Positions 16,916 to 22,938 of a stretch of DNA of 22,938 bases are shown here, piece after piece. The stretch spans positions 1 to 22,938 of the forward strand of contig SHMW01000070.1 in the NCBI GenBank assembly GCA_008080735.1, written 5' to 3'. The first letter of the stretch is position 1. Each line of letters starts with the position of its first letter. The translations under genes were made by a program, and so were the position numbers. This stretch comes from Promethearchaeota archaeon. GTDB lineage: Archaea > Asgardarchaeota > Lokiarchaeia > Sigyniarchaeales > SOKP01. A model generated the notes under the pieces. It searched no databases. It was not told the DNA's origin and was given only the letters and a program-made list of their open reading frames with translations.

Positions 16916-18244
16916 TCAATAAAATTTCAAATACTCGTATGCTTGGGTATCCTTTTGAAAGCAATATTCGATCGATTGAAATCGTTTTCTGAAATCCGCG
17001 ACATCCTTTTTTATTTTTTTAGGATCTTTTTGCTCAATGATTAATTTTTTGAAGAAATCCGCGATATCGACCATTTCACCTTTTCCCATCCCCAGCCTTG
17101 TAACTTCAGAGGTGCCTATCCGGAGTCCACCAGGATTCATATAATGCCGTCCTTCTCGAATATCCCATGGAAGTAAATTACGGTTAATGATTATATTTGC
17201 CTCTTCTAATATCCGTTCAATATCCCCTCCCAGTCCTACAGAATTTTCAAAATTGGTGATATCGATGACTAGTTGATGAGATTCAGTAAATCCTAAATGC
17301 TCGCATAATACATTAAAACCTCGTTCATGAAGGGCTTCTGCGAGAGCTTTTGCGTTTTCTATTACCCTTTTATGATATATATTTCCGAATTCCAACATCT
17401 CTTCTAGGGCCACCGCTAATCCAGCAACATTGTGCAAATGATGATTTGAGAAGAGCGCTGGAAAGGCTGATGATTTTAATAGTTCAACTAAATCTTCTCG
17501 ATTTGATAAAACTGCCCCGTGTTGAGGTCCTGGAAGTGTTTTATGAGTGCTTAATGCCATCGCGTCTGCTCCTTCTCTAAGTGGATCCTGAAAATATCCT
17601 GAGCCAATTAATCCCGCCACATGGGCTGCGTCATAGCCAACATATGCCCCGACCTCTTTTGCGACATCACTTAATTCTTTTACGGGATGTGGAAAAAGAA
17701 ATACTGAGGCACCAAATAACACCATTTCGGGCTCAAATTCTCTGATTATCTTTGCAGATTTCTCAGGATCAATATTCATGTTCTTTTCATCAAATCCGAG
17801 ATATTTAATATCAAGTCCTCTGACTGTACCCGCGGTGCCAAATATCGGCTTTCCAGAGCTTGTATACTTGGGAGCATGGCTGATATGGCCTCCCTTAGGT
17901 ATAGGCATCGCACACATCTTCCCATTATTCTCTGATGTAAACGCATTATATAGAACCAAGTTTGCCATTACTCCTGACACCGGGCGAACATCGGCATGGA
18001 TACAACTGTAATATTTCTTTGCCAGATCCATACATTTCCGTTCGATTTGGTCAATATATTTACAGCCCGCATAAACACGCTGTCCTACCCATCCTTCAGC
18101 ATATCGATGACTAAAATCAGAAGCACAAGCTTCATCGACAGCGGGACTAGTTACATTCTCAGAAGCAATGAGAGGTACCGCATTTCTTAGCATCTGTGAG
18201 TGTTCTTGTAAGATAGAACGAATCTCAGTTATTTTTTTACTCAA
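16916..18244 (-). CDS. glyA: Serine hydroxymethyltransferase (archaeal type)
   Basis: LIASEN, RYAEG, GGHISH, YDAAHVAGL, STHKTLPGPQ, GLRIGT. TTG start. Confidence 0.97.
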   Translation of the reverse strand: MSKKITEIRSILQEHSQMLRNAVPLIASENVTSPAVDEACASDFSHRYAEGWVGQRVYAGCKYIDQIERKCMDLAKKYYSCIHADVRPVSGVMANLVLYNAFTSENNGKMCAMPIPKGGHISHAPKYTSSGKPIFGTAGTVRGLDIKYLGFDEKNMNIDPEKSAKIIREFEPEMVLFGASVFLFPHPVKELSDVAKEVGAYVGYDAAHVAGLIGSGYFQDPLREGADAMALSTHKTLPGPQHGAVLSNREDLVELLKSSAFPALFSNHHLHNVAGLAVALEEMLEFGNIYHKRVIENAKALAEALHERGFNVLCEHLGFTESHQLVIDITNFENSVGLGGDIERILEEANIIINRNLLPWDIREGRHYMNPGGLRIGTSEVTRLGMGKGEMVDIADFFKKLIIEQKDPKKIKKDVADFRKRFQSIEYCFQKDTQAYEYLKFY

Positions 18245-18401
18245 TTTAGATCAATACTAATTATTGTTTTACTTTAGACAATGATATTTGCTAAAAGAAG
18301 AGATAAAATTAAAAATTTGTTAACGATGGAATTTCCAGATAAATAAAATAATTATTTCTAGACTAAATATTGCTTTTCCTTACCAAATCTATTCAAATTT
18401 G

Positions 18402-18707
18402 TTAAGCTCTTTTCTGTAAAGTCATTTTAATAAAATCTTCTGGCATCATACTTGCTTTCTTGATTTCATCAATAGTCCACCCTTGATTATGCAATCGTAA
18501 TATCACCGCCTCCATTGTTTCACTAATTTCGATTATATGATCATCTGGGTCATAAATCCGAAATCCTCGTTGTCCCCAGGCGTGCTCAATAATAGGATGG
18601 ATTATTTTAACCTCTCTCTCAGTAATGGTTTCAAATAATTTATCTAAATTATCAAATTCAAAATATAGAGAGACATGTAATAATTGGTGAGGTTGATCCA
18701 GTATCAA
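18402..18707 (-). pseudogene. N-terminally truncated glyoxalase/VOC family gene
   Basis: C-terminal half is recognisable (LYFE..., HPIIEHAWGQRGFRIYDPDDHIIEISE, plus helical tail). The first beta-alpha-beta3 module is absent and there is an in-frame stop shortly upstream. Confidence 0.65.
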
Positions 18708-18962
18708 TAAAAACTCACTGTATAGAATTTCTTCTTAAAGATCCAACTAAATATGATACTACTCCATATATAATGGTTGGTTCAAGACTAATTTTAGGGA
18801 AGCCAACCCTTTTTGGAAGGATAATTAGAGATTTTTGCAGTGATATGATCTCATCTTAGATGCTTTTGAATAAATTGAGTTCACTTCATAAACAAAAAAA
18901 AAAATTCTTAAATTAGGTAATAATACAAAAATTACTTCTTATCTTCCAAAATCAGTCGCGCT

Positions 18963-19820
18963 TCATAAAATATTTAACTTCTTACCAGCTTTTTGTTTTT
19001 CCAAGGCAGTTGCTAGTTTATCCCGTTTTATTTTTTCTAATCTTTCGTCCTTTCTACTACGTCGTCGACTATATTTCTTTTGTTTATATGAACGCCCGCG
19101 CCCTCGCCCCTTTTTCTTTTTTAGTAAACTAAGGTATTGTTCATGGTATTTATCCGCTTGTTTTTTGTTTTCAATTAATCTCTCCTCTACTCCTTTCTTT
19201 TTTTCTTTTAAGGCATTGGCTTTATCATAGGCGTTTAGCATCTTATTGTGGTACTCTTGGCTTTTGTTAGACCATTTTTCAAGCTGTTCATAAATTTTAT
19301 CTAAATTAATTTTAACGATTTCAATCTGTTTCTCTTTTTTTAAAAGCTCACTGCTTTTATCCTCACCCAATTGTTCGTGTTTTTGCATCGCAAGGTGGCT
19401 TATTTGGTCAATAATAGCATTCTCCTCTTGAAGAGATAAATTCTCTGTCTCGATTCTTCTCTCCATATTTTCAATCTTGCGTTCAATCTTTTTTGTAGGG
19501 ATAAATTCTCCCGAATTCTGCTTCATATGGCGTTCTAAATTGCGCTTTTCTACTATTAAATCATGCAATAAGTTTTTATATTCAATCTTTTTATCTTTTA
19601 ATCTTGCAACTTTATTATTCCAATGATCTCGCTTTTTTTTTAACTTGTTCCGCGCAAGGGAGATCATATCTTCAATTTTGGATTCTATGTCTTGAAGTCT
19701 ATTGATGTAATCCTTGGTTTTTTGATTTAATTCGTCCCGTTTATCTCTGGCTGCATCTATTGCAGATTGGAGATCCCGGAAAGAAGTTTGTGATTTATGA
19801 TTGGTGTTATTATGACTCAT
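18963..19820 (-). CDS. Archaeal long coiled-coil protein (COG1340-like); probably extends to 18932 after a 1-nt frameshift
   Basis: KRDELN and KRD..N repeats, ET..LS..EE..II..I, ADKYHEQY, and C-terminal EKQKAGKKL. Confidence 0.75.
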   Translation of the reverse strand: MSHNNTNHKSQTSFRDLQSAIDAARDKRDELNQKTKDYINRLQDIESKIEDMISLARNKLKKKRDHWNNKVARLKDKKIEYKNLLHDLIVEKRNLERHMKQNSGEFIPTKKIERKIENMERRIETENLSLQEENAIIDQISHLAMQKHEQLGEDKSSELLKKEKQIEIVKINLDKIYEQLEKWSNKSQEYHNKMLNAYDKANALKEKKKGVEERLIENKKQADKYHEQYLSLLKKKKGRGRGRSYKQKKYSRRRSRKDERLEKIKRDKLATALEKQKAGKKLNIL

Positions 19821-20081
19821 AAAAAATTCAATTAAAAAGTACTAAATACTTGGCTATTCAGCTGTTGAATATACTAAAGGTTAATTATTTTTATTTTTTA
19901 TGCTTAGTTTCTCTATAAACAATTCTAAAATGATATTTATTTCTTTAATTTTAGGGCTCATATCAATCTAACATCATTTAATGCCTTTGTGGAAATTTGA
20001 CAATTTTTATTCAATTTTGTTTCTTTTATATTATAACTAATCTTACTATCAATAAATAATTCGAATATACAAATAGAGAAT

Positions 20082-20960
20082 ATGGATGAAAATATAATTC
20101 AGAACGGAGATTTCGTATTTATTGTCTTAGATCCTAAAAGAAGATGGCTAGCTCAAGCGAAATCGGGGGAGGAGTTCCATACACATCGAGGTATTATACA
20201 TTTTGATGATATCATAGGAAAATCCTATGGGATTTGTACCTTTTCCCATCCACATGATTCACAAGGGTACAAATTCTACATATTGAAACCAATACCCTCT
20301 GATTTTATTCTACATATGAGCAGAAAAACCCAAATAATATATCCGCACGATGCGGGACTAATTTTAGTATATGGGGGGTTAAGACCGGGGAGTAAGATAA
20401 TCGAAGCTGGAACTGGCTCTGGAGCTCTCACTTGCATTCTCGGCAGCTATGTGCGCCCTAATGGTCATGTTTATTCATATGATATACGAGCCAAATCCTT
20501 AAAACAAGCACGTCGTAATATTAAAAATGCTGGTTTGGACGATGTTATTACGATTAGAGAAGGTAATATTGTAGATGATGCGCTCGATCATAAGGATATT
20601 GACGCTGTGGTGTTGGATATGCCTATTCCTTGGGCCGCGGTCAAAAAAGTCAAAAAATATTTAAAATTGAGTGGATCTATCGTCTCTTTCTCACCGACTA
20701 TAGAACAAGTGAAAAAAACTACCTTTGCGTTAGAGGAACATGAATTTTTTGAAATAAAGACAGTTGAGTTGTTATTGAGAGACATGCAAATTAAACGGAA
20801 TGCAACTCGTCCCGACAGCAGGATGGTTGGTCATTCGGGATATCTCACATTCGCAAGAAAAATCAAGAATCGAGAAAATCCCTATAGAGGGATAAAACCC
20901 CAGAAACCAGAATTCGTAGAAATGGATGGAATGCCACTGAGGAGAGATTCAGATGATTAA
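20082..20960 (+). CDS. trmI: tRNA (adenine-57/58 N1)-methyltransferase TrmI/Trm61
   Basis: FHTHRG, RKTQIIYPHD, IIEAGTGSGALT, LDMPIPW, FSPTIEQV, TRP...MVGHSGYL. Confidence 0.95.
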   Translation: MDENIIQNGDFVFIVLDPKRRWLAQAKSGEEFHTHRGIIHFDDIIGKSYGICTFSHPHDSQGYKFYILKPIPSDFILHMSRKTQIIYPHDAGLILVYGGLRPGSKIIEAGTGSGALTCILGSYVRPNGHVYSYDIRAKSLKQARRNIKNAGLDDVITIREGNIVDDALDHKDIDAVVLDMPIPWAAVKKVKKYLKLSGSIVSFSPTIEQVKKTTFALEEHEFFEIKTVELLLRDMQIKRNATRPDSRMVGHSGYLTFARKIKNRENPYRGIKPQKPEFVEMDGMPLRRDSDD

Positions 20961-21288
20961 GTATGAAGTCTTTAAGAAACTGGATATGAGAATCGGTTTA
21001 GTCAAATCTTGTGAGGATATCCCAGAATCCAAAAACTTATATAAATTAATAGTAGATTGTGGAGAACCTCAGACAAGACAAATCATTACCGGTATTAAAA
21101 ATTTCTATTCAGCAGATGAATTGGTTGATCAGAAAATAATAATACTTGCCAATTTAGAACCAAAAAAGATAATGGGATATAGAAGTGAGGGAATGTTGCT
21201 GGCTGCAGATGTTGAAGGTATACCGGTTTTATTAAAATTGGATGAAAGTAAGAGAAAAATAGTTCCGCCAGGTGCGAAAATAAAATAA
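20953..21288 (+). CDS. Stand-alone tRNA-binding OB-fold protein (Trbp111/MetRS C-terminal/CsaA-like)
   Basis: FKKLDMRIG, LYKLIVD.G...RQIITG, ANLEPKKIMG.RSEGMLLAA, PGAKIK. Overlaps trmI by 8 nt. Confidence 0.92.
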   Translation: MIKYEVFKKLDMRIGLVKSCEDIPESKNLYKLIVDCGEPQTRQIITGIKNFYSADELVDQKIIILANLEPKKIMGYRSEGMLLAADVEGIPVLLKLDESKRKIVPPGAKIK

Positions 21289-21291
21289 GAA

Positions 21292-21720
21292 TTAGAAACC
21301 CTTTTTCTTCGCCCCAATACTGAAATCTTTTTTTACTTTGAATCGTTCAGTTCGGAAAAAATGTTTTTTCCGTTCAGCGTGTATTTCAATGTATTTTTGA
21401 AGAATTTCTTCAACCAAATCTTTGGTATATTTATCAGCCATTATTCTATAGGGCTCATTCAAATAGGGAAGAATCTCTTTGTTTTTTGCATCCTCCGGTA
21501 AGCCTAAATTTTTCAATGGGATATGATATGAATGTAAATACCACCCCTTCTGCTCAGCTTCATGAGCCATGATTTTTAGAATATTGGATCTTTCTTTTCT
21601 AATCTTAATATCGATTAGGTCTTTTTTCTTTCCCGTACGTATAGTTATGGTTATATACATCGGGATCTTCCCTTTTTTATCGTGGATTTTATCTAAAAGT
21701 TCTTCGTATTTCTCACTCAT
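21292..21720 (-). CDS. Hypothetical basic protein
   Basis: 142-aa ATG-initiated ORF filling the gap between neighbours. No recognised motif. Confidence 0.7.
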   Translation of the reverse strand: MSEKYEELLDKIHDKKGKIPMYITITIRTGKKKDLIDIKIRKERSNILKIMAHEAEQKGWYLHSYHIPLKNLGLPEDAKNKEILPYLNEPYRIMADKYTKDLVEEILQKYIEIHAERKKHFFRTERFKVKKDFSIGAKKKGF

Positions 21721-21759
21721 TCTCGTATCAAAATTTTTTATAAGCTTTGATTATTTAAA

Positions 21760-22476
21760 TCAATAAGAACAAATATTAATTTGGATTTTAAAACTCGGAT
21801 CATGATAAATCCCATTTCCCGACCATTTTGGATAATTCTTTGTCTCGATGGTAAACAATTTCGAGGGAGTCGCTGCTTGTCCGATAAGCGGATCATTTTT
21901 GACTTCATCTTCTATGGTAAACACAAGATTGCAGAAAGGGTCTCCAGGCACAGCACTTAAAGGGGTTATGGCATCTTCCATCGCCGAGGTGATAAATTTA
22001 CTGACAGTTGCTCCAACCGAATCGAAAGAGACAGGGGTGTAATTATCACTACGGTTATACAATATATATGGCTTTTTTTCGTTACCCATTTCGATCTCGG
22101 CTATTTTTTCTCCGGCACTTTCAAATGTAAATGTATCTTGTCCTAGACTCATTACGGTAGGAAAGCTCTCTTCAATCTTTTCGGAAGAAATAAGGTATGT
22201 AAAATGTGGTAGACATAACTCCATCTCCTCCATAAACGAATAGTATTCCTCCTCATCATTGTATTCTAGGTCACTCATTCCCGATGAGAAATCCAGTTGC
22301 GAGCCCGTTTTGTCTGCAAGAAAACTAAAATCGAACGTATAATTTGCCTTGGAAACATCTTCATGACTAATATTAAATGGAGTATAGAAATATGGTCCGC
22401 TTACGTAGGTTGGAAAATTAGTATATGAAAGATCCCACATTAATTTCCCATCCTCTAAAGTAGGCTCTGAAAATCC
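21760..22476 (-). pseudogene. Internal fragment of a secreted/surface-type beta-rich protein
   Basis: Ser/Thr/Phe/Tyr-rich with NYPKWSG..IYHDP near the end. No signal peptide or anchor. The frame continues upstream (GFSEPTLEDGKL) to a TAG at 22477-22479. Confidence 0.5.
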
Positions 22477-22627
22477 CTATAATCAAAAGAATTGTATATG
22501 AGGTTGTTCTGGTAATTTGATTAGTTATAAGACCCACAACAGCTATAAACAAGATAAATATACCGGAGATACAAAACAGCGTTGTTAGAAGTTTTAAGAT
22601 CTGTTGCCAATTCTGCCATGTTTGCAT
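22418..22627 (-). CDS. Possible small two-TM membrane protein or gene fragment
   Basis: Two hydrophobic stretches. Overlaps both neighbouring ORFs. Confidence 0.3.
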   Translation of the reverse strand: MQTWQNWQQILKLLTTLFCISGIFILFIAVVGLITNQITRTTSYTILLIIGIFRAYFRGWEINVGSFIY

Positions 22628-22896
22628 ATTCCATCACAGAGCAATTTACTTTCACATTTTACCACGTTAAAAAAATCTCTTGCCGATATCTCCTCTTCAT
22701 TTCCAAGGAGTATTGCCGTTCCTTTTAACGTGCTTACATAAGAGTATAATTTCTCTAATTTAGGATCGTCTATATCATCAAAACGCACGATATAATGCTT
22801 TCCTTCTTGCTCATACTCCAAGCTTTCAGAGAGCTTATTTGCTTGCGGGACGTATTGTCCTGAAGATTTTGAATTATATTTTAATGACACTTTCAT
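22594..22896 (-). CDS. Hypothetical protein, possibly C-terminally truncated
   Basis: ATG-initiated 100-aa ORF that ends just after CESKLLCDGICKH. Confidence 0.55.
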   Translation of the reverse strand: MKVSLKYNSKSSGQYVPQANKLSESLEYEQEGKHYIVRFDDIDDPKLEKLYSYVSTLKGTAILLGNEEEISARDFFNVVKCESKLLCDGICKHGRIGNRS

Positions 22897-22938
22897 TTAT
22901 TATTTCACGTTCTTTTCGGTTTTTATCTAATAAAACCT

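Noticed and set aside
18963-18965. TGA read-through (Sec) at the end of the coiled-coil gene
   Set aside because: Read-through adds only SATDFGR. The shifted frame gives a much more family-like ending.
19821-20081. 261-nt intergenic region as ncRNA/tRNA
   Set aside because: Very AT-rich with no GC stems or tRNA arms. It is consistent with divergent promoters.
217-22042. Short antisense/overlapping ORFs (217-438, 1657-1866, 3314-3520, 7184-7489, 9192-9437, 10288-10494, 11484-11705, 12142-12384, 14523-14708, 17350-17580, 17778-18011, 17996-18190, 20588-20785, 21129-21317, 21569-21766, 21848-22042)
   Set aside because: All lie wholly or partly opposite longer, better-supported ORFs and have no recognisable motifs.
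1-22938. Mobile elements, CRISPR, rRNA/tRNA, defence systems
   Set aside because: No transposase or integrase motifs, repeat-spacer arrays or structured GC-rich RNA segments were seen. The Mut7-C gene has no evident antitoxin partner.

Overview
Low-GC archaeal chromosomal window. The archaeal call rests on rpoD/Rpo3, eL18, archaeal-type SHMT and Trm61-type methyltransferase. An Asgard/Lokiarchaeia-like origin is my inference from protein style and was not computed. Housekeeping genes are rpoD-rpl18e-rpl13-rps9 (a detached piece of the alpha operon), glyA, divergent aroC/aroA, trmI with a Trbp111-like OB protein, a Clp1/Nol9 RNA kinase, Mut7-C RNase, FmdE and a Gfo/Idh/MocA oxidoreductase. The best candidate for a new system is an overlapping gene pair at 3972-6594 on the minus strand: a circularly permuted ATP-grasp amide ligase and an M14 zinc carboxypeptidase with an atypical HxE motif. 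It lies downstream of a GNAT and Clp1 and near a small, highly acidic, Cys-capped protein. This could be a peptide tag writer/eraser module built from the same two superfamilies as eukaryotic TTLL/CCP. Other observations are a D-cysteine desulfhydrase fused to a two-CW Cys-rich domain, several perfect intergenic palindromes, a probable 1-nt frameshift in the coiled-coil gene, and three zones of decayed gene fragments. No tRNA, rRNA, CRISPR array or transposase was seen.
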